Source of the DNA: Alphaproteobacteria bacterium
GTDB taxonomy: Bacteria > Pseudomonadota > Alphaproteobacteria > Rhizobiales > Xanthobacteraceae
Assembly: GCA_005885285.1 (NCBI GenBank)
Contig: VAZG01000187.1
Coordinates: 2,282 to 66,281 of the forward strand
Length of the DNA stretch: 64,000 nucleotides
Direction of reading: 5' to 3'
The notes under the pieces are model-generated. The model saw only the letters and a program-made list of their open reading frames with translations, was not told the DNA's origin and made no database searches. Position 1 is the stretch's first letter. Every line of letters starts with the position of its first letter. Positions 1-9,854 of the stretch are shown here, piece after piece. Position numbers and translations under genes: made by a program.

Positions 1-242
1 TCAGCACCAGGGCCGTCGCATGCTCTTCATCAGGTTCGTAAACAGGGCTGTCCAAGCAGTCAGGCGCTCTCGTCCCCGAAGGGCGGCAGCAGGCAAGAGA
101 TAGCGGACATTCCCCGTTTCGCGGCCCCGCCAGGGACGCTCACCGCGCGCGCGGATCTCTAAGTTTGCTCCTCCTCAACATGCTGGGTGCAACACCGGCG
201 CTAATCTTTCGTGCTCCTGCACAAGTTACTGTGCAGGCTTCG

Positions 243-561
243 CTACGTGACCTTGGCGCCGAAACCGACGTGGAAGTCGGTCTCGCTGACCCACATCCGA
301 TGCAGAATGCTTGCCAGCTTCCGAGCAACCGCAGTGATCGCGCACAGCATGCTCGACCGTTTGGCCGATCCGCAGGCCCCACGCCCGCAATGCCGACCAT
401 TTCCTGACCCGCAGTAGAAGGCTTGCAGCCGCCTCGCATGGCGCCTCCCGAACCGCTACGTGGCCCTGCTTGCTGATCCGTCCTTCATAGTCGATGGACG
501 TTCCAGATTGGTGTCGTCTCGGCGCAGCCAAAATGCTCTCCAACCGTTCGAGATCGCGCAA
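243..561 (-). mobile_element. IS110-family transposase remnant (C-terminal part, frameshifted)
   Basis: Minus strand reads PRRHQSGTSIDYEGRISKQG..EAAASLLLRVRKWSALRAWGLRI, then after a frameshift near 365 AKRSSMLCAITAVARKLASILHRMWVSETDF. This is the typical IS110 C-terminus; the N-terminal domain is absent. Confidence 0.8.
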
Positions 562-645
562 AGCGTCGGGGGATCATTGACACCGACATTTCCGGACTTA
601 TCGGCAACACGTCCTGAGGTTCGGGGTAGAAATTCCCCGGGCGGT

Positions 646-1294
646 TCAGTGTCCTGGATGAATAGCGTCGTTGAGATAGATGCAGGTAAGGATGGCAAAG
701 ACGTAAGCCTGCAGGAACGCGACAAGAAGTTCGAGCCAACATGTTGGCAAACAGACGCACGCTGTGTGAGAGCGGCCGCGTCAGGAAGGAGATGATTTCG
801 ATCGCGACGACAAGCGGCAGGATGTAGATCGGAATGCCCGAGGGCACGAAGATCCTAAAGAATTTCAGGCCGTTCCTGTAGAAGCCGTAGATCAGCACCG
901 TGAAGAACACGAGCAGGGCCAATGTGGCAGTAACGATGATGTGGCTCGCGACCGTGAAGGTGTAGGGAATGATGCCGATCACGTTTGAGACTAGGATGAA
1001 CATGAACAGTGAGAACACTAGCGGGAAGAAACTCATCCCTTCCGGGCCGGCGGTGGAGCGGATCATAGAGGCCACGAACTCGTAGCTCACTTCGGCCATC
1101 GACTGGAAACGCCCGGGAACCAATTGCCGGCCTGCAGCGCCACCCACGATCAACAAGCAAATTACCGCCACCGAGACCAACATGTAGACGGACGAATTGG
1201 TGAAGTAGATGGTCTGATTGCCGATCTGGCCGATTTTGAAGAGGTTGTCGATATTGAACTGGTGAATCGGATCAAGGGTCACGCGCGGTTCCAC
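646..1294 (-). pseudogene. atpB: F0F1 ATP synthase subunit a, internally deleted and frameshifted
   Basis: Subunit-a sequence ([21 protein letters not shown]) jumps near 734 into the C-terminal [29 protein letters not shown] in another frame. The intervening GH-containing helix is missing. Confidence 0.9.
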
Positions 1295-1548
1295 TGTCGA
1301 GCGGCTGAGCCGCTAGGCGAATTCGGCTTTGGCGAACGCGAGGTCACACGGGTGAAGCTACATCATTCGCGACTGGCGAACCATAAGTCAGAGAGGTTGA
1401 CTTAATAGTTGCCAAAAAGGCCAATGTCCGAGTCGGGTTAAACTGAGAAGAACTCAGTAGGAGCACATATTGTCCGCTTCGCTCCTGAACATTGCTCGAC
1501 GCAGCGCGCTGGGTGTTGAGCATCATTGTTTTGTCGGGACTCTGGAGC

Positions 1549-1562
1549 TTGATCTACATCAA
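1549..1562. promoter_or_regulatory. FixK/FNR box
   Basis: TTGAT-CTAC-ATCAA, perfect consensus, about 120 bp upstream of the cytochrome/oxidase operon. Confidence 0.75.
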
Positions 1563-1684
1563 TCCCAGTGTGCATCTTGGCTGACGTATTCGATTTCGCG
1601 GCCAAGGGAATCGACTACGTCGTCTCCATTTGTGAAGACTTTGCCTACGAGAAGTTGGGATCGAACTGAGCTTGGGGAGGCTGC

Positions 1685-2392
1685 GTGTCGCTACGAATTG
1701 CCATCGCCGGGTTGGGGATAGGCCTCTCCGTTCAGGTTTTTCCCGTTGGCGCTCAAACACCCGGCCAACCGCCGGACACGATGGCGGCACGCGTGGAGGC
1801 CTGCACCCCCTGTCATGGCAACCAGGGCGAAGGCACCAGCGACGTCTATTTTCCGCGGCTCGCAGGCAAGCCCGCCGGCTATCTTTACAACCAGCTTCTC
1901 GCGTTCGAGAACGGGCGGCGGAAGTACCCGCCGATGAACTACCTGCTTGAATATCTGGGCGATCCGTACCTCCAGGAGATGGCGGACTACTTCGCCAGCC
2001 AGCATCCGCCGTTGCCGGCGCCCGTACCCAGTGATGTCAGCCAGGACGTGCTGCGGCACGGCGAGGCCTTGGTGACCCGGGGAGACGCGTCGCGCCAGAT
2101 CCCCGCGTGCGCGAGCTGCCATGGACCGACGCTCACTGGCATGGAGCCGGCCATCCCGGGACTGCTTGGCCTGCGTCCGAACTACGTCAGCGCGCAGCTT
2201 GGGGCGTGGCGCTACGGGACTCGCACGGCGAAGGCTCCGGACTGCATGCAGATCGTTGCGGGCCATCTGACCGAAGCGGACGTCACGGCGGTTGCGGCTT
2301 TCCTTGCGACACGCCCCGCTCCGGAGAACGCGGCGCCGGTACCGAAGGGCACCTACATCCTGCCCTTCTTCTGCGGCAGCCAGCCGAACTGA
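1685..2392 (+). CDS. di-heme cytochrome c4/c553 family
   Basis: Signal peptide; CTPCH and CASCH heme motifs; RLAGKPAGYLYNQL typical of c4. Confidence 0.9.
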   Translation: MSLRIAIAGLGIGLSVQVFPVGAQTPGQPPDTMAARVEACTPCHGNQGEGTSDVYFPRLAGKPAGYLYNQLLAFENGRRKYPPMNYLLEYLGDPYLQEMADYFASQHPPLPAPVPSDVSQDVLRHGEALVTRGDASRQIPACASCHGPTLTGMEPAIPGLLGLRPNYVSAQLGAWRYGTRTAKAPDCMQIVAGHLTEADVTAVAAFLATRPAPENAAPVPKGTYILPFFCGSQPN

Positions 2393-2402
2393 GGAGGGAT
2401 CG

Positions 2403-3641
2403 ATGAGATCGGCGTGGCTGACTCTTCTTCTGTTTCTTGCTTCTACGGGTACGGTGGCCCAGGCGCAGGACAACCGCACCGTCGTCGTCACGCGCGGCGA
2501 GTACCTCGCCCGCGCCGGCGACTGCATCGCCTGCCATACCGCACCGGATGGCCAGATCTTCACCGGCGGGCGCGCCATGCCCACCCCGTTCGGCACGCTC
2601 TACACCTCCAACATCACGCCGGATCCGGAGACCGGTATCGGTAGATGGAGCCCCGACGATTTTTACAAGACCATGCACAGCGGCCGCTTTCCCGACGGCG
2701 GGTTGATCTATCCCGCGATGCCGTTCGGCTCCTACACGAAGGTCACCCGCGCCGACAGTGACGCGATCTTCGCGTACCTCAGGTCGATACCTCCGGTGAA
2801 CCAGAAGAACCGTCCGCACGACCTCCGCTTCCCGTACGGCAACCGATCTCTCATCCTCGGCTGGCGCACGCTGTTCTTCAGCGAGGGCGAGTACAAGTCC
2901 GACCCAAGCAAGTCGGCCGAATGGAATCGGGGCTCGTACCTCGTCGAAGGACTAGGCCATTGCGGCATGTGCCACTCGCCAATTAACGCGCTCGGGGGCA
3001 CGCCGCAATCCGAAGCATTCAAGGGCGGACTGATCCCAATGCAGAACTGGTACGCTCCTTCCCTCACCTCCAATCGCGAAGCGGGACTGGGCGACTGGAG
3101 CATCAAGGACATCACCGATCTCCTGCAGACCGGCGTCTCGGCGCGCGGCGTGGTGTACGGGCCGATGGCCGAGGTCGTCCACAACAGCCTGCAATACCTG
3201 AACGATGAAGATACGAAGGCGATGGCGGTGTACCTGAAGAGCATCGCCGAGTCGGGGACTCGGGTGCCATCGAGTTCCGCGCTACCCACCACCGAAAGCA
3301 GTCTGCTGACGAGTCTCGGAAAGACCGTCTACGACGCCCGCTGCGCGAGCTGTCACGGCGCCCAAGGCGAAGGCAAGCCGCCGCACTGGCCGCCGCTCGC
3401 CAACAACCAGTCGATCGAGATGGAGTCCGCGGTCAATCCGATCCGGATGGTGCTGAACGGCGGCTATCCGCCCGGCACCGAGGGCAACCCGAGGCCCTAC
3501 GGCATGCCGCCATTCGCCGGCCTATTGTCGGACAACGAAGTCGCTGCTGTCGTCACCTACATCCGCACCACCTGGGGCAATCGCGGCACGCCGGTGAGCG
3601 CCCGCGAGGCTAATGAATTGCGGTCGGCGCCCCTCAACTGA
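2403..3641 (+). CDS. tri-heme cytochrome c (gluconate/alcohol dehydrogenase cytochrome c subunit family)
   Basis: Start taken at ATG 2403 after GAGG; CIACH, CGMCH and CASCH motifs; YTSNITPDPETGIG signature. Confidence 0.9.
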   Translation: MRSAWLTLLLFLASTGTVAQAQDNRTVVVTRGEYLARAGDCIACHTAPDGQIFTGGRAMPTPFGTLYTSNITPDPETGIGRWSPDDFYKTMHSGRFPDGGLIYPAMPFGSYTKVTRADSDAIFAYLRSIPPVNQKNRPHDLRFPYGNRSLILGWRTLFFSEGEYKSDPSKSAEWNRGSYLVEGLGHCGMCHSPINALGGTPQSEAFKGGLIPMQNWYAPSLTSNREAGLGDWSIKDITDLLQTGVSARGVVYGPMAEVVHNSLQYLNDEDTKAMAVYLKSIAESGTRVPSSSALPTTESSLLTSLGKTVYDARCASCHGAQGEGKPPHWPPLANNQSIEMESAVNPIRMVLNGGYPPGTEGNPRPYGMPPFAGLLSDNEVAAVVTYIRTTWGNRGTPVSAREANELRSAPLN

Positions 3642-3654
3642 GGCAACGCAACAC

Positions 3655-3834
3655 ATGATCAACTCGGACCTACCAGAGCAGATCGCGAATACCGCAAATG
3701 ACCGTGTCGACAGGATCGTGGCCGCAGGTCCTCGAGGCGCGCTCACGCTGGCCGGAATCGGCACCGCCATCGTGATCGCGATGTGGTTCGCGTTCTACCT
3801 CTTCGTCTTCCTGCCCCGCGGAGCCCTGCAATGA
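3655..3834 (+). CDS. single-TM small protein, probable accessory subunit (IIa-like) of the ba3-type oxidase
   Basis: 59 aa with one hydrophobic helix; stop overlaps the subunit II start (ATGA). Confidence 0.55.
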   Translation: MINSDLPEQIANTANDRVDRIVAAGPRGALTLAGIGTAIVIAMWFAFYLFVFLPRGALQ

Positions 3835-4394
3835 CGGTGCAGGACGGCCATCACGGCGCCGAGGTCGCTGAGCGGACCGAGAAGCGCTGGGCGATGATCT
3901 CCATCATCATCATCGTGATGCTGGTGCTGCTCGCTGCCTTCGCTGGCATCCATCAGGCGACCATGCCGCAGGCCCGCGTCGAGACCACGGATCCCGCGCG
4001 CCTGCATCTCTCCGGCGAGTTCGTCGAGTCAAACCTCGGCACGGCGGCGGAGGCGGACGGGACGGTGACGGTGCGCGCCATCGGCCAACAGTATTCGTTC
4101 ACGCCGTCCTGCATCCTGGTGCCCGCACAGACGCCGGTCACGCTTCGGGCAACGAGCGCCGACGTGGTCCACGGAATCCTCATACAGGGCACCAACGTCA
4201 ACACCATGCTGGTCCCGGGCTACGTGTCCGAGCAGTTCATGCGGTTCGAGAAGACCGGCGACCACCTCATGCCTTGTCAGGAGTTCTGCAGTTTCGGCCA
4301 CGAAGGCATGTGGGGCAAGGTCAAGGTGATCGACAAGACGGAATTCGCTTCGCGGGCGAAGAACCGTGGGAGGCTGAGCTGTGTTGGTGAATAG
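3831..4394 (+). CDS. cbaB: B-family (ba3-type) cytochrome c oxidase subunit II
   Basis: One N-terminal TM helix; CuA ligands DVVHG..CQEFCSFGHEGM. Confidence 0.88.
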   Translation: MTVQDGHHGAEVAERTEKRWAMISIIIIVMLVLLAAFAGIHQATMPQARVETTDPARLHLSGEFVESNLGTAAEADGTVTVRAIGQQYSFTPSCILVPAQTPVTLRATSADVVHGILIQGTNVNTMLVPGYVSEQFMRFEKTGDHLMPCQEFCSFGHEGMWGKVKVIDKTEFASRAKNRGRLSCVGE

Positions 4395-6003
4395 GAAACT
4401 CATTCTCGCGCATTTCTGGCTCGCCTTTGGTGGCTTCGGGTTGGCGCTGTTACTGGGTGCCTGGCAGATGTTCGTCCGTAGCCCGCTCTATGCGTGGATC
4501 AGCAATCCGGAATGGTACTACCGGTCGCTGACGGCGCACGGCACGGTGATGGGCTATGTCTTCCCGACGCTTGTCGCGATGGGCTTCGGATACGCGATCA
4601 CCGAGTCTGCTCTGCAACAACGCCTCGTCGGCGTGCGCTGGGCCTGGGCGGGCTTCTGGCTCATCGTTCTGGGCGCCGTTATGGCGATGGTCCCGGTCGC
4701 GCTCGGCCGGGCCTCGGTGCTCTACACCTTCTACCCGCCGCTGATCGGCAACGCCTTCTACTACGTCGGCGTGGTTCTGGTCGTGGTCGGCTCCTGGATC
4801 TGGGTCGCGCTGATGTCGATCAATCTCCGGGTCTGGCGGCGCGAGCACCCGGGGGAACCCGTGCCGCTCGCGATGTTCGCCAACGTCGCTGGATCATATC
4901 TGTGGGCCTGGACGGCGGTCGGCGCGGCTCTCGAACTTCTACTCCAGATCATTCCGGTTGCGCTCGGCTGGAAGACGACAATTGACGCCGGGCTCGCCCG
5001 CGTGTTCTTCTCCTGGACGCTGCACGCCATCGTCTATTTCTGGCTGATGCCGACCTACATCGCCTACTACACGATCGTGCCTCGCGCGATCGGAGGCCGG
5101 CTTTACAGCGACTCGATGGGGCGGATCGCGTTCATCCTATTCCTGATCGTGGCCATGCCGATCGGCATTCATCACACCTTTGCCGATCCGCAGGTTGGCG
5201 CCGGATTCAAATTCATCCACTCGGCCTTCACCGCACTGGTCGCGCTGCCGACACTGCTGACCGTGTTCACGATCTGTGCCTCCGTCGAGATCGCGGGGCG
5301 ATTGCGCGGCGGTAGAGGTCTATTCGGCTGGATCGCGGTGCTGCCGTGGAAGAACCCGATCATGCTCGCGGTCGCTTTCTCTTTCGTGCTTCTCGGTTTT
5401 GGCGGCGCCGGCGGGCTGATTAACATGAGCTATCAACTCGACACCACCGTCCACAACACGCAATGGATCACCGGTCACTTCCACCTGATCTTCGGCGGTG
5501 CAATCGTCATCATGTATTTCGCAATCGCCTACGACCTGTGGCCCCATCTCACCGGCCGCGCGTTGCCGGACCTGCGGCTGGCACGCGCGCAGCTCTGGCT
5601 GTGGTTCGTCGGCATGATCGTGACCACGTTCCCATGGCACTGGGTCGGAATCCTCGGCATGCCCCGGCGAATGGCCTACTATGATTATGCGGACCCCGCG
5701 ATTTCGCCTCAGGCATTCTCGGTGACGTTGTCTGCGATCGGCGCCATCATCCTGCTGATCTCGGGTCTGCTGTTTCTCTTCATCCTGGCGACTGCGCATC
5801 GACAGACAGCAACGGAGGCAGGGGCCTACCGCTTCAGCGTCGCCGTCCATCCGCCAACAACGGTGCCTATCGCGCTCAACACGTTCGCGCTCTGGGTAGC
5901 GCTCATGATCGGCCTCACCGTCACCAATTACGGGTATCCCATCGCGGTGCTCGCCTCACGGCCGGACACGTCCGTCCCGGCGGTCTATGTTGGAGCGCAG
6001 TGA
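4381..6003 (+). CDS. cbaA: B-family (ba3-type) cytochrome c oxidase subunit I
   Basis: His ligands in TAHG, WTLHAIVYFW (His-Tyr pair), IHH and GHFH; PRR motif; B-family pattern. Confidence 0.9.
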   Translation: MLVNRKLILAHFWLAFGGFGLALLLGAWQMFVRSPLYAWISNPEWYYRSLTAHGTVMGYVFPTLVAMGFGYAITESALQQRLVGVRWAWAGFWLIVLGAVMAMVPVALGRASVLYTFYPPLIGNAFYYVGVVLVVVGSWIWVALMSINLRVWRREHPGEPVPLAMFANVAGSYLWAWTAVGAALELLLQIIPVALGWKTTIDAGLARVFFSWTLHAIVYFWLMPTYIAYYTIVPRAIGGRLYSDSMGRIAFILFLIVAMPIGIHHTFADPQVGAGFKFIHSAFTALVALPTLLTVFTICASVEIAGRLRGGRGLFGWIAVLPWKNPIMLAVAFSFVLLGFGGAGGLINMSYQLDTTVHNTQWITGHFHLIFGGAIVIMYFAIAYDLWPHLTGRALPDLRLARAQLWLWFVGMIVTTFPWHWVGILGMPRRMAYYDYADPAISPQAFSVTLSAIGAIILLISGLLFLFILATAHRQTATEAGAYRFSVAVHPPTTVPIALNTFALWVALMIGLTVTNYGYPIAVLASRPDTSVPAVYVGAQ

Positions 6004-6818
6004 TGAGCGCGCGCGAAATCTTCTCCTCTCGCAATCCCTATTTCGCAATCAGCGTCGGCGTCGTGGCCGGCATATTCGTACTGACCGCGGTCGGAGGCTT
6101 CATCATTCTGCCTTACGCCCAGCCCGAGCTGAAGTTCGCCGGCATTTGGGACGTGATCTGCAGCGCTGCGGGTCTGCCGCAGCGGTCAGCCTCCTCCGAC
6201 GCGGTCCAGCCCGTGCGTCGCCTCTCCGAGGTGGTCCTGACGCCGACAACACTCGCGCACCCGACGCAGGAGTCGATCGGACGCGGCGCCACGCTGGCGC
6301 AACGATGCGCGATCTGTCACGGGCCGACGGGCGTCAGTCGCGCGGACTCGCCGAACCTCGCCGGCCAGTATGGGATCGTGATCTACAAGGAGCTGGTCGA
6401 CTTTCGCTCAGGGGCGCGCACCAACGCGGTGATGGCGCCATTCGCCGTGAACCTGACCGACCGGGAAATCGTCGACCTCGCGGCCTACTACGCCTTTCTG
6501 CCCCGCCTGCCCGCCTACCACCCACAGCAGCAGCTTCGGAAGCCGCGCGTCGTGATCTACGGCGCGCCGATACGCGGCGTAGCGCCCTGTGGATCCTGCC
6601 ATGGCAGCTTGGACAACAAGGCCGGTAGCCCATGGCTTGAGGGGCAGTCGGAGACCTACCTGAAGTTCCAGCTTCACGCGTTCGCGTCAGGCCAGCGCAC
6701 CAACGACATCAGCCAGCAGATGCGCAATATCGCGCGCGCGATGACGCCGCAAGAGATCGATGAGGCAGCGGCCTACTACGCCTCGCAGCCGTCGGAGATC
6801 GTGAAGGCGACGGATTAG
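6003..6818 (+). CDS. membrane-anchored di-heme cytochrome c4-like protein
   Basis: N-terminal TM; CAICH and CGSCH motifs; PNLAGQY. Confidence 0.88.
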   Translation: MSAREIFSSRNPYFAISVGVVAGIFVLTAVGGFIILPYAQPELKFAGIWDVICSAAGLPQRSASSDAVQPVRRLSEVVLTPTTLAHPTQESIGRGATLAQRCAICHGPTGVSRADSPNLAGQYGIVIYKELVDFRSGARTNAVMAPFAVNLTDREIVDLAAYYAFLPRLPAYHPQQQLRKPRVVIYGAPIRGVAPCGSCHGSLDNKAGSPWLEGQSETYLKFQLHAFASGQRTNDISQQMRNIARAMTPQEIDEAAAYYASQPSEIVKATD

Positions 6819-7141
6819 GGTGCGTACTCATCTGTGGACGCCCTGCCAGATGCAAGCGGTATTTGAAGAAGGTTGGCACGTAGTCGGATGCTGCCATCTG
6901 TCCGGCCTCTGATGCAGCGATGGAGCTGCGGGCCCGTAGGGAGTTCGCGGACGGAAACCAAATCATAAACTTCCCGGCCGCCGCTCAGTCGCTTTTCGTC
7001 AACGGGCTTCGCAAACGACGTCATAGTCTGAGAAACGCGGCCGTTGTGAGTCGGCACGTCATTGAAGCAGTTGACTCATCTCCAAGGTCACCACTCAACC
7101 ATCCCGTCAACGCGCAGAAAAAAAGCAGTGGCGCGATCGCC

Positions 7142-7396
7142 TCAATCGGCTGAGGCGTTCTCAGTGATTGCTCGCGGCGTCCGGCCTCTCAGGGCTTCCA
7201 GAAGTTCTTCAGCCAGGAAGGGCTTGATCAGGACAGCGACACCATCGACCGGCTCAAGCAATGTAAGGCTCAGCCGCCCGGCGACAAAATAGGCCAGTCC
7301 CACTCCGACGGTCAAAATAACGTCTGTCTCGCTTGCGTGCGGCTGGCGAGCCAAAATGACCGTCTTTTTTGCGGCAGTGCCCAGTGTCCGCTCCAC
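7142..7396 (-). pseudogene. chimeric remnant: MASE1 sensor N-terminus fused to a response-regulator C-terminus
   Basis: VGLAYFVAGRLSLTLLEPVDGVAV (MASE1-like) runs directly into LIKPFLAEELLEAL (receiver-domain end). Confidence 0.5.
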
Positions 7397-7535
7397 TTGT
7401 TAGCCAACAAAAATCCGCGGATCACCTCACGTCAAAAGTCTTGCACAGTTGCCGCCACGTCGCGCGGCACCGCCAGCGGCTATAAACCCCCATCGCCGCT
7501 AATGCCACCGCACGTAGACGAGCTTTCTGGCAGTG

Positions 7536-7549
7536 TTGAGGTGGATCAA
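7536..7549. promoter_or_regulatory. FixK/FNR-like box (1 mismatch)
   Basis: TTGAG-GTGG-ATCAA between the divergent MASE1 remnant and DUF2254 gene. Confidence 0.45.
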
Positions 7550-7779
7550 AGCCGGCGACGATCCCTGCTGAATGGTTCCGTCTCGACAAGAGGCAAATTG
7601 AGCACCCCGCTCGAAAAATGCAGTAACTGGTGACATTTCAAACGCCCCTAACTCTTCAGAGATTTGGAGAATTCTTCGGGCAGTGACCAAACCGTCGATC
7701 AGGCAGCAGCAGATCGTTGCTACCCGCCGGGCTGGGCCAGGTAGACAACACGAGGCGATAAGAAGACCCGGGAAAAGAG

Positions 7780-9069
7780 ATGTTGATGAACTGGAGTCAA
7801 AAATACGGCCTCAGAAGCTATCTCAAGTCGTCGCTTTGGCTCGTTCCATTTATTGCCATTCCCATTGAACTCGTCGTCACACGATTATTGCATGGACTTG
7901 ACGGTTGGCTCGGATGGGCTCTTTTGGGCTTGACGGTGCAAGGCGCGCAAGCGTTGCTCGGGGCTTTTGTCACTGTAACGCTGTCTTTCGTGGTCTTCAC
8001 GTTCGGTTCGCTGCTCATCGCGATTCAGGTCGCCAGTGCGCAAATGACCCCCCGCATTATTGCCCCGACGTTGCTGCGAAACGGCGTCGTCAAATATACC
8101 GTTGGTCTCTTCATATTTACCTTGATGTTCATGCTGAGCGCGCAGAACAGAATGGACAAGGAAGTCCACCAGCTGGTCATGCTCGTCGCAGCCTTGCTTG
8201 GGATATCCTGCTTCGCCGCGTTCTTCTATCTGATCGATTACGCATCGCGACTATTGCGCCCTATCAGTATTTTGGCGCACGTCGGCAACAGCGGACTAGA
8301 GGTGATCGAAAGCGTCTATCCCGATCTTTGTCTCGCTGCCGACATCCGGGAACGCGACAGTATAGGGCTCGGTGCTCCGGATCGTGTCGTTCAGCATCAG
8401 GGAGCGTCAAGCATTATTCTTGCGGTAAATCTTGACCAGCTGATAGCTGATGCCGAGCGCTCGAACGGCGTCATCGAATTCGTTTGCCAGATCGGCGATT
8501 TTGTCTCGGTTGATGAACCCCTGTTCAACCTTTATGGCGGCACAAAGATGATCGACGAAGAGAGATTGCGGACATCGACAGCGCTCGGGTCAGAGCGCAC
8601 TATGGAGCAGGATCCTACCTTTGCATTTCGCATTATTGTCGACATTGCGCTGAAGGCGCTGTCGCCGGCGATTAACGATCCTACCACAGCCGTGCTGGCG
8701 ATCGACCAACTCCATCGCATGCTGCGAAACGTCGGCAAACGCGATTTGCGCACCGACGAACTATTCGACAAATCCGGACGATTGCGCGTGATTTTCCGAA
8801 CTCCGGACTGGGAGGATTTCGTCCATCTCGCATTCAGGGAGATACGCGCATGCGGTTCGAACCATCTCCAAATTGTAAGGCGGCTGCGGGCGATGATCGA
8901 AAACCTGGTGCAGACGCTCCCCGCGCGCCATCACCCAGCGCTATCTGAGGAGCTAGGCCTGCTCGATCGCGACATAGAACGGCATTTTACTTACCCGGAG
9001 GATCTGATGCTTGCTCGTATCGCGGATGCTCAGGGCCTTGGGGGGCATTCCGGAACGATCAAACGTTGA
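7780..9069 (+). CDS. DUF2254 family membrane protein
   Basis: Four N-terminal TM helices; IQVASAQMTPR and ALKALSPAINDPTTAV motifs. Confidence 0.85.
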   Translation: MLMNWSQKYGLRSYLKSSLWLVPFIAIPIELVVTRLLHGLDGWLGWALLGLTVQGAQALLGAFVTVTLSFVVFTFGSLLIAIQVASAQMTPRIIAPTLLRNGVVKYTVGLFIFTLMFMLSAQNRMDKEVHQLVMLVAALLGISCFAAFFYLIDYASRLLRPISILAHVGNSGLEVIESVYPDLCLAADIRERDSIGLGAPDRVVQHQGASSIILAVNLDQLIADAERSNGVIEFVCQIGDFVSVDEPLFNLYGGTKMIDEERLRTSTALGSERTMEQDPTFAFRIIVDIALKALSPAINDPTTAVLAIDQLHRMLRNVGKRDLRTDELFDKSGRLRVIFRTPDWEDFVHLAFREIRACGSNHLQIVRRLRAMIENLVQTLPARHHPALSEELGLLDRDIERHFTYPEDLMLARIADAQGLGGHSGTIKR

Positions 9070-9126
9070 ACGAACGCTGCACGCTTAGCTTGAGCCCTAA
9101 GTCGCCTGCACTGATGCAATGAGGAC

Positions 9127-9792
9127 TTGTTGGCGATGTTGGAGGACGACACCCTCGTTCACGCACGTCTGAAGACTCCGAAGGCCGCTGCCTTGGCCGG
9201 GATCGCTTTTTCCCTGCTGATGTTCACGATCTTTGGGCTGCTTCGGCGCTCCATTCCGGCCGACCCGCTGGAGTCCGGCGCATGGCTCACCACCGATACG
9301 AAGACGATCGCGCTCGCGTTGAACCTCATTCCTTTTGCCGGCGTTGCCTTCTTGTGGTTCATTGGAGTGCTGCGTGATCGGCTTGGTCGGCAGGAAGATC
9401 GCTTCTTTGCTACGGTGTTTTTCGGCAGTGCCCTGTTGTATCTGGCCATGCTGTTTACTGCTGCTGCGCTGATCGGCGCGGTTATGCTGCTGGCCTCTAC
9501 TGCCGAGCCGAATCAATTGATGAATTCCGCCACCTTTCGCTTCGCGCGTGCCGTCGCATACATCGTTACCAACGTGTACGCCACCAAGACGGCGGCCGTC
9601 TTCATGATTTCAACGTCAACTGTTGTGATCTACACCGGCATCGCCCCGCGCTGGATTGCCTTTATCGGGTATTTGTCGGCGTCGGTGCTGCTGATCGGCA
9701 GTTATTACATCGGGTGGAGTTTCGCGGTATTGCCCGTTTGGGTGCTTTTGATCAGCGTATATATTTTGGTTGACAACCTACGCGGACGTTAG
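9127..9792 (+). CDS. conserved integral membrane protein
   Basis: 221 aa with 5-6 TM segments; LKTPKAAALAGIAF and FLWFIGVLRDRLG look family-like. Confidence 0.7.
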   Translation: MLAMLEDDTLVHARLKTPKAAALAGIAFSLLMFTIFGLLRRSIPADPLESGAWLTTDTKTIALALNLIPFAGVAFLWFIGVLRDRLGRQEDRFFATVFFGSALLYLAMLFTAAALIGAVMLLASTAEPNQLMNSATFRFARAVAYIVTNVYATKTAAVFMISTSTVVIYTGIAPRWIAFIGYLSASVLLIGSYYIGWSFAVLPVWVLLISVYILVDNLRGR

Positions 9793-9854
9793 AAGCCAGA
9801 TGCGTTCTTTTCAAATCAACGAACCCCACCACGCGCAGCACAGAGGAGGTTACG

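Noticed and set aside
485-645. C-terminal extension of the 269-aa atpB ORF in the ORF track
   Set aside because: It is out-of-frame read-through after the internal deletion; the true atpB end is in another frame and stops at 646.
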